Below the pieces are notes generated by a model that searched no databases, was not told the origin of the DNA, and saw only the letters and a program-made list of their open reading frames with translations. From Squalus acanthias (lineage: Eukaryota): a stretch of 64,000 bases of DNA. The stretch is taken from assembly GCA_030390025.1 (NCBI GenBank), contig CM059432.1, positions 65,908,001 to 65,972,000 on the forward strand, in the 5' to 3' direction. This document shows, in pieces, positions 33,950 to 46,135 of this stretch (positions are counted from its first letter, which is position 1; each line of letters opens with the position of its first letter). The position numbers were made by a program, and so were the translations under genes.

Positions 33950-36790
33950 TGTTTTTATTCGTTCGTGGGATGTGGGCGTCGCTGGCAAGGCCAGCATTTA
34001 TTGCCCATCCTTAGTTGCCCTGGAGAAGCTGTGGTGAGCCGCTGTTGTGAACCGCTGCAGTCCTTGTGGTGAAGGTACTCCCACAGTGCTGTTAGGGAGG
34101 GAGTTCTAGGATTTTGACCCAGTGATGATGAAGGAACGGTGATATATATTTCCAAGTCAGGATGGTATGTTACTTGGAGAGGAACTTGCAGGTGATGGTG
34201 TTCCCATGCACCTGCTGCCCTTGTCCTTCTAGGTGGTAGAGGTCGCGGGTTTGGGAGGTGCTGCCGAAGAAGCCTTGGCGAGTTGTTGCAGTGCATCTTG
34301 TAGATGGTACACACTGCATCACGGTGCGCCGGTGGTGGAGGGAGTGAATGTATAAAGTGGTGGATGGTGTGCCAATCAAGCAGGTTACTTTGCCCTAGGT
34401 GGTGTCGAGCTTCTTGAGTGTTGTTGGAGCTGCACTCATCCAGGCAAGTGGAGAGTATTCCATCACACTCCTGACTTGTGCCTTATAGATGGTGGAAAGG
34501 CTTTGGGGAGTCAGGCAGTGAGACACTCGCCGCAGAATACCCAGCCTCTGACCCGCTCTTGTTGCCACAGTATTTATGTGGCTGGTCCAGTTAAGTTTCT
34601 GGTAAATGGTGAACCCTAGGATGTTGATGGTGGGGGATTCGGCAATGGTAATGCCGTTGAATGTCATGGGGAGGTGGTTAGACTCTCACTTGTTGGAGTT
34701 AGTCATTGCCTGGCACTTGTGTGGTGTGAATGTTACCTGCCACTTATCAGCCCAAGCCTGAATGTTGTCCAGGTCTTGCTGCATGCGGGCATGGACTGCT
34801 TCATTATCTGAGGAGTTGCGAATGGAAGTGAACACTGTGCAATCATCAGCGAACATCCCCACTTGTGACCTTATGATGGAGGGAAGGTCATTGATGAAGC
34901 AGCTGAAGATGGTTGGGCCTAGGACACTGCCCTGAGGAACTCCTGCAGCGATGTCCTGGGGCTGAGATAATTGACCTCCAACAACCATAACCATCTTCCT
35001 TTGTGCTAGGTATGACTCCAGCCAGTGGAGAGTTTTCCCACTTATTCCCATTGACATCAGGCTTCTTCGGCAGCACCTCCCAAACCCGCGACCTCTTCCA
35101 CCTAGAAGGACAAGGGCAGCAGGCGAATAGGAACACCACCACATCCAAGTTCCCCACCAAGTCACACACCATCCTGACTTAGAAGTATATCGCTGATCCG
35201 TCATCGTTGCTGGGTCAAAATCCTGGAACTCCCTACCTAACAGCACTGTGGGAGTACCTTCACCACATGGACTGCAGCAGTTCAAGAAGGCAGCTCACCA
35301 CCGCCTTCTCAAGGGCAATTAGGGATGGGCAATAAATGCTGGCCTTGCCAGCGACGCCCACATCCCATAAATGAATTAAAAAAAAACTTCAATTTTACGA
35401 GGGCTACTTAATGCCACACTCGGTCAAATGCTGCCTTGATATCAAGGGCAGTCACTCTCACCTCACCTTTGGAATTCAGCTCTTTTGTCCATGTTTGGAC
35501 CAAGGCTATAATGAGGTCTGGAGCCGAGTGGTCCTGGCGGAACCCAAACTGAGCATCATTGGTGAGTAGGTTATTGGTGAATAAGTGTCGCTTGATAGCA
35601 CTGTTGACAACACCTTCCATCACTTTGCTGATGATTGAGAGTAGACTGATGGGGCGGTAATTGGCCGGATTGGATTTGTCCTGCTTTTTGTGGACAGGAT
35701 ATACCTGGGCAGTTTTCCACACTGTCGGATAGATGCCAGTGTTGTAGCTGCACTGGAACAGCTTGGCTAGAGGCGCAGCTAGCTTTGGAGCACAAGTCTT
35801 CAGCATAACAGCCGGGATGTGGTCAGCGCCCAAAGCCTTTGCTGTATCCAGTGCACTCAGCCGGGTGTCGTCCAGGTCTTGCTGCATGGGTGCATGGACT
35901 TCTTCATTATCACGTGGAGTGAATCGAATTGGCTCAAGACTGGCTTCTATGATGGTTGGGACCTCAGGAGGAGGCCGAGATGGATCATCCATTCGGCACT
36001 TCTGGCTGAAGATGGTTGCAAACGCTTCAGCCTTGTCTTTTGCATTCATGTGCTGGGCTCCATCATCATTGAAGAAGGGGATGTTCATGGAGCCTACTCC
36101 TCCTGTTAGTTGCTTACTTGTCCACCACCATTCACGACTGGATGTGGCAGGAATACAGAGCTTTGATCTGATCCATTGGTTGTGGAATCGCTTAGCTCTG
36201 TCTGTAGCATGCTCTTTCTGCTGTTTAGCATGCATGTATTCCTGTGTTGCAGCATCCCTAGGTTGGCACCTCATTTTTAAGTATGCCTGGTGCTGCTCCT
36301 GGCATGCTCTTCTACACTCCTCATTTTACCAGGTTTGGTCCCCTGACTTGATGGTAATGGTAGAGTGAGGGATATGCCGGGCCATGAGGTTACAGATTGT
36401 GATGGAATACAATTCTGCTGCTGCTGATAGCCCACAGTACCTCATGGATGCCCAGTTTTGTGCTGCTAGATCTGTTCTGAATCTATCCCATTTAGCACGG
36501 TGGTAGTGCCACACGATGGAGGGTGTACTCAGTGTGAAGATGGGACTTCATCTCCACAAAGGACTGTGCGGTGGTTACTGCTACCAATACTGACATGGAC
36601 AGATGCATCTGCGACAGATAGATTGGTGAGGACGAGGGCAAGTAGGTTTTTCCCTCGTGTTGGGTCTCTCACCACCTGCCATAGGCCCAGTCTGGCAGCT
36701 ATGTCTTTCAGGACTCAGCCAGCTCAGTCAGTAATGGTGCTACCGAGCCACTCTTGGTGATGGACATCGAAGTCCCCCACCCAGAGTACA
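33950..36790 (-). mobile_element. Second LINE family (CR1-group APE-RT, 'family B'), decayed
   Basis: PVHKKQDKSNPANYRPISLLS, QFGFR, DIKAAFDRVWH, GVPQGSVLGP, MFADD; 3' end ...gccagcgacgcccacatccc. Confidence 0.88.
35056..35386 (+). mobile_element. 3' end of a family-B LINE/SINE inserted antisense into a family-B LINE
   Basis: Reverse complement of ~33955-34275, ending in poly(A). Confidence 0.85.
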
Positions 36791-37202
36791 TCAATTACAT
36801 TCTGACCTTACAGACTCAGAGGCTGCTAATAAACCATTTTGCCGACCAAAATCCATAAAGGTGATGGTTTTAATGTCAAACATCATACTTGCCTTCCATT
36901 CTTTTATCACCCAGTTGATCAACCTTTAATGCTTTTCTTTAAAGAAGGTTTCCTAACTCTACTACTCCTATGAAGTGTTCACTAAGTGGCCTGAGCAGAG
37001 CTGGTGGAAGGCTGCTGTTCCTCATGTGGGGACTCTTGAGATGCTTGTGGCCGGTGACTTCCGGGTGCTCGAGCCCCTGAGGGCCCGGCCACAGGCTGTT
37101 GCAGCTCAGCTCCTGCTGGGGCAGTCTAGCCAAATTGACTTGCTGGCACCGTGGTGGTTACTGGTGAAGGGGAGAAGTGAATGTGCAGACGTGCTGAGAT
37201 AC

Positions 37203-38093
37203 TGTAAAATTTCCAAAATTTGCAGATCCCCAAAAAAATATCTAAAGGAAAAAAATAAGGACTTTGTAACTTTAAAGGAACATGTCTGGACATGTACAGC
37301 ACGTGGATTGTCTGGAATTCAAAGCCCAGCAAACATTAACATTTGGACAATAGGCCCTGGGAGAAGGCCACCCCACCCAAAACACAGAGCCCATAGGAAT
37401 GCTAGGCCCAGCAAGGAACCCAAAGCATGAGAACAATGCAAGCTTCCATGGAACAACAGCTCAACAGGATGTAAGCCATTTGATTTGGTTTAGCATAGTT
37501 GAAGGCCCATCAAAATTTAACAAGACAATGAACAGGCCTCACCTGAAAACTCACTGCATTACGAAACCAGTTTTCATGAGGAATTTTGTGGGGGTGGGGG
37601 GGTGGTGCGAAAAAGGACTATATCTGCAGCAGGACCCAAGATTTCTTTCTCTTTTGACTCCCTCTCAGCTCTGCCCAGAAGCCACATGGTAAAGGAAGAC
37701 ATTCGATGACCAGAATCACCATCGACTTACCTGGCTGGATTTCGTACTGTTAATACCTCTGTCTGGTGAGCATTATCCCTGATCTCCTGAAACCGAAACC
37801 TAGCTAGAAGTGGGATTTTTGGGAGGGATAAAGGTTTTTTTCTTGTATACTGTCATTTTCCCTTGCCTGTAACCATGTGTTCCCCAAACCTGTTTAAGTG
37901 TGAAGTGTGTTTAAGTGTGTTACCTTTTAATTTTAATAAAAGTTATAGTTCTTTTAATCGGAACCTGTTGTCTACTGCATCTTTATTCACAAACCCTAAA
38001 TAAGTCCAAGTTTTGAACCTGGGACGTGGGAGCGATTCGAACCGCTCACTGAGTCAGGGGAAAGGCTGACCCCTACCACCACCACCCCCTACA
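37203..38093 (+). mobile_element. Solo LTR, same family as 31538-32978
   Basis: tgtaaaat...cccctaca; 4-bp TSD atac; shared tggtgagcattatccctg and gggagcgattcgaac blocks. Confidence 0.85.
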
Positions 38094-38814
38094 ATACTTA
38101 GAGAAGACAATATGTACTGCTCCCCTCGTGCTACTGCCACTTCCGTGGGTGTGGGCCTCATCACTTCCACTGATCTGTGGGAGAGCAGACTGCAGAAGGT
38201 GACCGATTCCTCCAAAGCAGCTATCTATTCAATCCACCAGTCTTTCCATTGTGGACCCCAGAGTTTGCATGGCAGCCGTTTGAGCTTCCACCAAAGCAGC
38301 AAATCATGCTAGCATGGACTCCTGTTGTGAGAGCTCTGCTGAAGCATCCCTGGAGGTTTCCACACTCTCCAGGGTAGCTTGCAGAGTGGTGCTGCCATGC
38401 AAAATGACACCACAGAGGCTGGATGCAGACTCCTTCACAATCTCAGCCATAGTGGTGAGACTCCTTGGCATGCCTTCCAATACCTTGTGCAGCTGTCTGT
38501 ATGAGGACATAATTTTCTTCTCATGGCTGGGCCCTGGAAGACCTCATCTCTGTCGTCCTCAGCAGAGCTGGAAAAGAGCCTTGCTCTCCAGCGAGACCTC
38601 TCTTGTGCTATCTCTGCAACCATTACTGCGGCAGCCCACTGGTGCTGGTTGTTTCTCCATGTGCACACCTCTAACTGACTATCTATCCCAATGTATGCCA
38701 ATGTCTGAGCTGGTGCCTGGGAGAGGTGGAGCACCCATGGTCTATCCTGAGTGGACTGTCCTCCTCCAAGGTCTATTCTTCTGCAGGAGCCTCTTGTTGT
38801 TGAGTAGGCCCTAG

Positions 38815-39545
38815 AAGAAATAGAGAAGTGTGAAGTGATGCATTTTGGAAGGAAGAATGAGGAGAGGCAGTATTAATTAAATGGTAAAAATTTAAAGGAA
38901 GTGCAGGAACAGAGAGACCTGGGGTTTCACATACACAAATCTTCGAAGATGGGAGGACAACTTGATAAAGCTGTTAAAAAAGCTTACGGGATCCTTGGCT
39001 TTATTAATAGAGGCCTAAAGTACAAAATCAAGGAAGTTATGGTAAACCTTTATAAATCACAGGTTAGACCTCAGCTAGAGTATTGTGTCCAATTCTGGAC
39101 ATCACACTTTAGAAAGGATGTCAATGCCTTGGCGAGGGTGCAGAGAAGATTTTCTAGAATAGTACCAGGCATGAGGGAATTCATTTATGCGAAGAGACTA
39201 GAGAAACTAGGATTGTTCTCCTTAGAGCAAAGATGGTCAAGGGCAGATTTAATAGATGTATTCAAAAATATGAAAGGGTTTGATAAAGGGAGAAACTGTT
39301 TCCACTGGCAGGAGGGTCAGTAACCAGAAGACTCAGATTTAAGATAATTGGCAAAAAAGCCAGGGGGGAGACGAGGAGAATTTTTTTTACTCAGCGAGTT
39401 GTTATGATCTGGAATGCACTGTCTGAAAGGATGATGGAAGAAGATTCAATAATAACTTTCAAAACGGAATTGGATAAAACTTGAAAAGGAAACATTTGCA
39501 AGGCTATGGGGAAAGAGCAGCAAGTGGAACTAATTGGGAGTCTGC
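38815..39545 (+). mobile_element. CR1 LINE 3' fragment
   Basis: ORF 38901-39323 [11 protein letters not shown]...LGLFSLE. Confidence 0.85.
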
Positions 39546-40034
39546 TTTGGTACAGAATCAGTCTTTCCTTCCTAATGTTGATGACCCTGCCTGAGCCAGT
39601 GATCTCCAGTGCTTCTTGCTCTGCCTGTGTGAGGGCAATGATGTTGGGGACTCCTCCACCCATCCTGTAAATCTCTCTGGCATTATGCATGATCTTGTCC
39701 TACAGAAAGAGAGGGTGAGAGTTAGTGAGAACGTCAGTGGAGATGTGTCGGGCTTGTGAATATAGCGGGCATGTTGAAACATGTAGAAGAAGCAAGATGG
39801 AAAGGTGATTGGGAGGTGTTGAATGTAAAGGCAAGTGTGCGGAATCTGAAGTGAGGAAGGAGTGGTGGGAATAGTTGATAGTTTTGCAAGTGTTAGGATG
39901 TGAGAAGAGAATGGTGCTAGTGTGTGGTGTAAAGAGAACAAAGGAAAAGGTAAATGTGTTTGGACTGAGCAAGAAAGGTATCTTAGTGTGTCCTTGTGAT
40001 TGCATGTTGAAGAATGTGATGGAAGGAAGATTAA

Positions 40035-40878
40035 GGGGGGAATTTTGCCAGCCCTGGGGAGGCAGGTTTGGAGGTGGGACTGCCAGGAAAATGGCAGAAA
40101 CTGGGAGCGGGTACCAAACCTGCTCCCAACCCACCTCCGTGCCATCTTCTCGGGAGGCGGGTCCCTGACTCGCGCAGGGACCTGTCTCCTCGAGGCGGGA
40201 TGGAGATTACAGCCAATTAACTGCCTGTTAACAGGTAGTTAACAGGCAGTTAAGAGGCTTATCCCCATTTTACCAACACAAGTGCGGGCTTCCCGACATC
40301 GGGAAACCCCGCCAGGGTCAGCGAGGCGAACAGTGGGTCTGCGGGGGTGAGAGAGGTTGAAAAGTGCGCTGTGCAGGTGAGTGATGGGTGCAAGTGTGGA
40401 GAGGTAAGTATGGGAGGTGAGTGAAAAGTGTTAGAAAAAGTTTCCTTACCTTTGTTTCTTCCTGCAGGCTTCAACGCTTGGAGATCCGGAGGCTCCTCAT
40501 CTCCACAGCAGAGATGACAGAATGGCTGCTGCATTCTCCGATGCAACAGCCATCTGATTTCTGCTCAGGAAAGAGGTTTGGTGAGTCTTGAGTACAAGGA
40601 CTCACCAAAGAACAGAGAATGTCAGTGTCTGACAGCTTCTCAAAGCTGTCAAACGATGACAAGTCATCTGTCAAAAATTTTTGACAGATGAAACGTCATA
40701 CGCTGACGTTCTCTGTCACCGGCTTTCCCTTAATTGGCCTGCTAAGCTCGCAGGGCGGGCTTAACAAGGTCAATCAAGGGAAAATAGCGTGGGTTGGCCG
40801 GACGTCGTTGGGGACGGAACTGAAACCCGACAACCAGCAGTCCCGCCCCCAACGCGCCCCCTTGCTAAAATTCCCCCC
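40035..40878. mobile_element. Harbinger-type MITE (~840 bp; same family as 56317-57146)
   Basis: TIR ggggggaatttt / aaaattcccccc; collinear with 56317-57146; flanks taa/tat. Confidence 0.85.
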
Positions 40879-40884
40879 TATAGT

Positions 40885-41028
40885 TAAGAACATAAGAACA
40901 TAACAATTAGGAGCAGGAGTAGGCCATACAGCCCCTCGAACCTGCTCCGCCATTCAATAAGATCATGGCTGATCTTCGACCTCAATTCCACTTGCCCGCC
41001 CGATCCCCATATCCCTTGATTCCCCTAG
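40885..41028 (-). mobile_element. CR1 3' tail
   Basis: aagaacataagaacat...ggagcaggagtaggcc...gatcatggctgatc. Confidence 0.85.
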
Positions 41029-41066
41029 AGCCCCTAGTTGAGAGTGGTTGGGGAGGGGCTGAGAGC

Positions 41067-41202
41067 AATGTTCCCTATAATTTATTTTCGTGCACGGTCC
41101 CTTTAAATTTGCTGCACGGTATCTTTTCCAGCGGCAACGGCTGGTGAGCGGCCTGCGTGGGACCACCCGATTGATGTGCCGCTGCGCGCCCGCGCATCTT
41201 AG
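41067..41202. mobile_element. Probable hAT-type MITE fragment
   Basis: Begins caatgttccct, resembling hAT TIRs; partner TIR not found. Confidence 0.35.
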
Positions 41203-41289
41203 CAGGAAGGTTGGGTGAGAGGTGTGTTGGGAGGTCTTGTTGAGAAAGGTGGAGAGCTGCAGAGGTGTACTGACCCTTGCTGCTCTTGT

Positions 41290-41500
41290 GACATCATTGA
41301 ACCTCTTTCTACATTGAACCCAAGTCCTGGGGTGATGCTGGTGGTATTGACCCTCTCAGCCACCACTGTCGAGGCCTGCTTGACAGTGGTTGTGGGGATG
41401 TTGCTGCGGGCACTGGGGAAGATAACCTCACTCCTGGCCCTCACTTACTCCACTACGATTTCCAGGGATGGATCAGGTAAGCGAGGGGCAGCCCTCTAAC
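41290..41500 (-). pseudogene. Decayed Harbinger Myb/SANT exon
   Basis: AAPRLPDPSLEIVVE*VRARSEVIFP...KQASTVVAERV. Confidence 0.6.
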
Positions 41501-42374
41501 TCATGTCTGCAGCCAGTAAGTCCTCCAGAGTTGTTTAATGTAAAATAAAAGTAAGGGATGCAACCTTTATTTAAGAGATGCAATCCTCTTTAAGTAGAGT
41601 TGGGGAAGGCGCGGGAAATTCCATGGGTCATGTGCCGGTCTGCCCGATTCTGCAGATGATCGGGAGGGCAGCCAGTCCTTCAAATGTTAATGAGGCCCGG
41701 GAGTTAAAATGGCCAAGGTCACACATTAACAATGTCATGATGGCTTGCAGCCCACTCCCCTCCACCCCACCTCCCCTGCCACATGCACAATACCTACCCT
41801 GAGTAACAGTTGGCCGTCTAATTTAAGGGGATTACTTCTAGAGGCTAGACAAGTCAAGCATGTGTTTATTTTATATTGGTGAAGTGAATGGTGGCCAATG
41901 ACAGCATGCAATTAGTAAAGAGGACCCTGCCAGCTTTGGGTGGCTGTCCTTGCTGCCTGCTCAAGAGAGCATATGCAAATCCAAACCTGTCAGGGCTCCA
42001 GTGCGGGTAAGGAACGGGCGATTTTAACGGCCCACCTGCCTGGTTTCTGCCAGGCGGGTAGGGTTAAAATCATCCACCGTGAGTGAGGAAGAATATCCAC
42101 AGCTAATGCTGAGGCATCCGAATTTTAAAACTGATGATTAGTCATTCCCCTCAAACAAGTGGTCTCATTAACTTCTGCAAGCTGGCTCTGCCAATGATAT
42201 AATCAGAATTCACTGTTTTATTTTCTTAAATTAAAAATAGAAAAGAATGTTAATATTACTTCTTTGTAACTATTTGATTTTTTAAAAGGAGTCTTAATGA
42301 TGAGAATCACTGCTTAGAACATTAATTAATCTTTTGAGCTTGTGAAGAAGCGGGATCATTAGGCTGTATTACAC

Positions 42375-44485
42375 GGGATGTGGCCATCGCTGGCAAGGCC
42401 AGCATTTATTGCCCATCCCTAATTGCCCTTGAGAAGGTGGTGGTGAGCCGCCTTCTTGAACTGCTGCAGTCCGTGTGGTGAAGGTACTCCCACAGTGCTG
42501 TTAGGGACGGAGTTCCAGGATTTTGACCCAGCGACGATGAAGGATCGGTGATATATTTCCAAGTCAGGATGTTATGTTACTTGGAGGGGAACTTGGAGGT
42601 GATGGTATTCTCATGCGCCTGCTGCCCTTGTCCTTCTAGGTGGTAGAGGTCGCGGGTTTGGGAGGTGCTGTCGAAGAAGCCTTGGCAAGTTGCTGCAGTG
42701 CATCTTGTAGATGGTACACACTGCAGCCACAGTGCGCCGGTGGTGGAAGGAGTGAATGTTTAAGGTGGTGGATGGGGTGCCAATCAAGCAGGCTGCTTTG
42801 TCTTGGATGGTGTCGAGCTTCTTGAGTGTTGTTGGAGCTGCACTCATCCAGGCAAGTGGAGAGTATTCCATCACAGTCCTGACTTGTGTCTTATAGATGG
42901 TGGAAAAGTTTTGGGGAGTCAGGAGGTGAGACACTCGCTACAGAATACCCAGCCTCTGACCTGCTCTTGTAGCCACAGTATTTATGTGGCTGGTCCAGTT
43001 AAGTTTCTGGTCAATGGTAGATCCCAGGATGTTGATGGTGGGGAATTCGGCGATGGTAATGCCATTGAATGTCAAGGGGCAGTGGTTAGATTCTCTCTTG
43101 TTCGAGATGGTCATTGCCTGGTGCTAGTGTGGTGCGAATGTTACTTGCAACTTATCAGCCCAAACCTTGCAGCCTGCGTGCACGGACTGCTTCATTATCT
43201 GAGGAGTTGTGAATGGAACTGAACACTGTGCAAATATCAGCGAACATCCCCACTTCTGACCTTATGATGAAGGGAATGTCATTGCGAAGCAGCTGAAGAT
43301 GGTTGGGTCTAGGACATTGCCCTGAGGAGCTCCTGCAGTGATGGCCTGGGGCTGAGATGTTTGGCTTCCAACAACCACAACCATCTTCCTTTGTGCTAGG
43401 TACAACACCAGCCAGTGGAGAGTTTTCCCCCTGATTCCCATTGACTTCAATTTTACTAGGGTTCCTTGATGCTACACTTGGTCAAATGTTGCCTTGATGT
43501 CAAGAGCAGTCACTCTCACCTCACCTCTGGAATTCAGCTCTTTTGTCCATGTTTGGACCAAGGCTGTAATGAGGGCAATTAGGGATGGGCAATAAATGCT
43601 GGCCTTGCCAGTGACGCCCACATCCCAAGAACAAATTTTTAAAAAATGAGGTCTGGAGCCACAGGCCCAGTCTGGCTGCTATGTCCTTCCGGACTCGGCC
43701 AGCTGGGTCACTGGTGGTGCTACTGAGCCACTCTTGGTGATGGATATTGATGTCCCTTACCCAGAGTACGTTCTGCGCCCTCAATGCTTCTTCCAAGTGG
43801 TGTTCAACATGGAGGAGAGGAGTACTGATTCATCAGCTGAGGGAGGGCAGTAGGTGGTAATCAACAGGATGCTTCCTTGCCCATGTTTGACGTGATGCCA
43901 TGAAACTTCATGGTGTCCAGAGTCAATGTTGAGGTCTCCCAGGGCCACACCCTCTGTCCAGTGTGACAGGACTTATGCAGGGATGGTGATGGAGGAGTCT
44001 GGGACATTAGCTGAAAGGTATGTTTCTGTGTCAAGCTGTTGCTTGACTAGTCTGTGGGACAGCTCTCCCAATTTTGGCACAAGTCCCCAGATGTTTGTGA
44101 GAAGGACTTTGCAGGGTTGACTGGGCTGGGTGTGCCTTTGTCATGTCTGGTGTCCATCTGGTTTTATTATTGGTATACTTCTTTGTAGCAGTTTGGTACA
44201 ATTGTAATGGCTTGTGAGGCCATTTCAAAAGGCAGTTAAGTGTAAGCCATATTGCTGTGGATTTGGAGTCACATATAGACCAGACAAGGATGGCAGATTT
44301 CCTTCCCAGACAATCCAGTAATTTTCATGATCACCATTACTATCTTTTTATTGCAAATTTATTAATTAACTGAATTTAAATTCCCCAGCTGTCATGATGA
44401 GATTTGAACTCACGTCTCACAGATCATTAGTCTGATGCCTACTGGATTACTGGTCCAGTAACATAACCACTATGCTACCGTACCC
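42375..44485 (-). mobile_element. Family-B LINE with internal deletion and tRNA-like 5' head
   Basis: RT C-terminus (42611-43450), APE start (~43680-44100), short leader, then A box tagcatagtgg and B box gttcaaatc at 44400-44480. Confidence 0.8.
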
Positions 44486-44819
44486 GATAGTTTTTTGCTG
44501 GTTGTGTGCTAGTATTTGTACAAGTGTCAGAGCCATAAATATATATACAAGGCCAACAAAAATCAAGGAGGACAGCTATCAACTCTGTACATAAGCTGTG
44601 GCTGAACTGCACTTTTGTGTACTTTTTGTATATTAAAGGGGCAATGTCCTCATGAAAAAATGTGTCACACAAACACTTTTTTTGGGAGGGAGAAGGGGAA
44701 GTAAAAGAGCCACTTGTCACTTCTATCATAATGATATCACAAGAAAGTGACATGACTTATGTGATCCATTCTGTTTTGCCAAACAAATGAAAACAATAGC
44801 TATTATTTATATGGGTCCT

Positions 44820-45120
44820 TTAACATCGTAAATCCTCTAAGGGCGATTCACAGATCTGAGAACAACTAGCAAGCAGTAATAGGAAAATATTCACAGTGGT
44901 GACTGAATGCGTAGTCGAAGACGTAGGTTTTCTGAAGGCTTTTGAAGGAGGAGAGAGAGGTAGGATGGTGAAAGGCTTTAAGTAGAGAGTTCCAGAGCAT
45001 GGGGCCAAGACAGTTGAAGTCTTTGCCACCAACAGTGAAGTAGAGAGAGAGGGGGCAAAGGAGGCTGGAATGGAAGAGCAGAGGGCACATGCTGGCACAT
45101 AGAGCTGGAGTAGGTTGTAC
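44820..45120 (-). mobile_element. Old L2 3' fragment
   Basis: FNCLGPMLWNSL...FKSLQKTYVFD. Confidence 0.65.
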
Positions 45121-45707
45121 TGAACATTTTGTCATGGACATCGTAGCCACATTAGCGTATTTATAAATCTGCCTTTCCCCCCTTAACTTTTTTCCAAAAA
45201 CAGTAGCTGTTACAGTGAATAGATGAAATAAATAGCTCAGCGATCAATAGATTAATGATGTTGAAAGTGCGAGATGACAGATTTGTTCTAGTACAGTGTG
45301 TGTTTATGAAATCTTTGTTGAGTGTTCGCCTCTGTGTTTGGACTGTGCTACCTGGAACAGATGGAGCACTCCTATTTCACAGCTACATTCCTCACGATAC
45401 CCTCTACTGAAGCAGACAAAAGTAAATGGAACTTTATAATCACACAGTAGCCCCTTGTGAAAATACATTGTATTGCACATTGTTTATGACTTATTCATTT
45501 TAACAGAATACTCACAGAACACCCAGAGGCAGGGTGATATGCCAGTGCTTTGTTGAGCACTATATTTGTGTTAATTCAACTTAGCATCTCAGCAAAATTC
45601 TAAGGTGGAAAAAGCAATCATAAACTCAGCGAGTTTACTTATTGGTGCACAATAAATTTCAACTTCTCTGAAAACCTTACCACATTGGTGACACATAACA
45701 CCGCTAC

Positions 45708-46135
45708 ACATAGGAACATAGGAACAAAAGTAGGCCATTTAGTCCCTCGAGCCTGTTCTGCCATTCAATGAGATCAGGGCTGATCTGCGACCTAACTCCA
45801 TATACCTGCCTTTGGCCTATATCCCTTAATACCTTTGGTTAACAGAAAGCTATCAATCTCCAATTTAAGTTTAACAATTGATCTAGCATCGATTGCCATT
45901 TGCGGAAGAGAGTTCCAAACTTCTACCACCCTTTGTAGAAGTGTTTTCTAATTTAACTCCTGAAAGGTCTGGCTCTAATTTTTAGACTATGCCCCCTAGT
46001 CCTAGAATCCCCAACTAGCGGAAATAGTTTCTCTCTATCTACCCTATCTGTTCCCCTTAATATCTTGAAAACTTCGATCAGATCACCCCTTAACCTTCTA
46101 AATTCTAGGGAACACAACCCTAATTTGTGTAATAA
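45708..46135 (-). mobile_element. CR1 3' fragment
   Basis: LEFRRLRGDLIEVFKIL; acataggaacatagg tail. Confidence 0.85.

Larger units (their letters stand above)
36900..39703 (-). pseudogene. Decayed Myb gene (exons 2-3) of the old Harbinger, interrupted by an LTR and a CR1
   Basis: HNAREIYRMGGGVP..LTQAEQEALEI resembles exon 2; LHKVLEGMPRSLTTMAEIVKE and PVAGPSGAR resemble exon 3; convergent with the old transposase. Confidence 0.6.

Noticed and set aside
44400..44485. Functional tRNA gene
   Set aside because: A and B boxes are present but too far apart, with no clean cloverleaf; treated as a retroelement head
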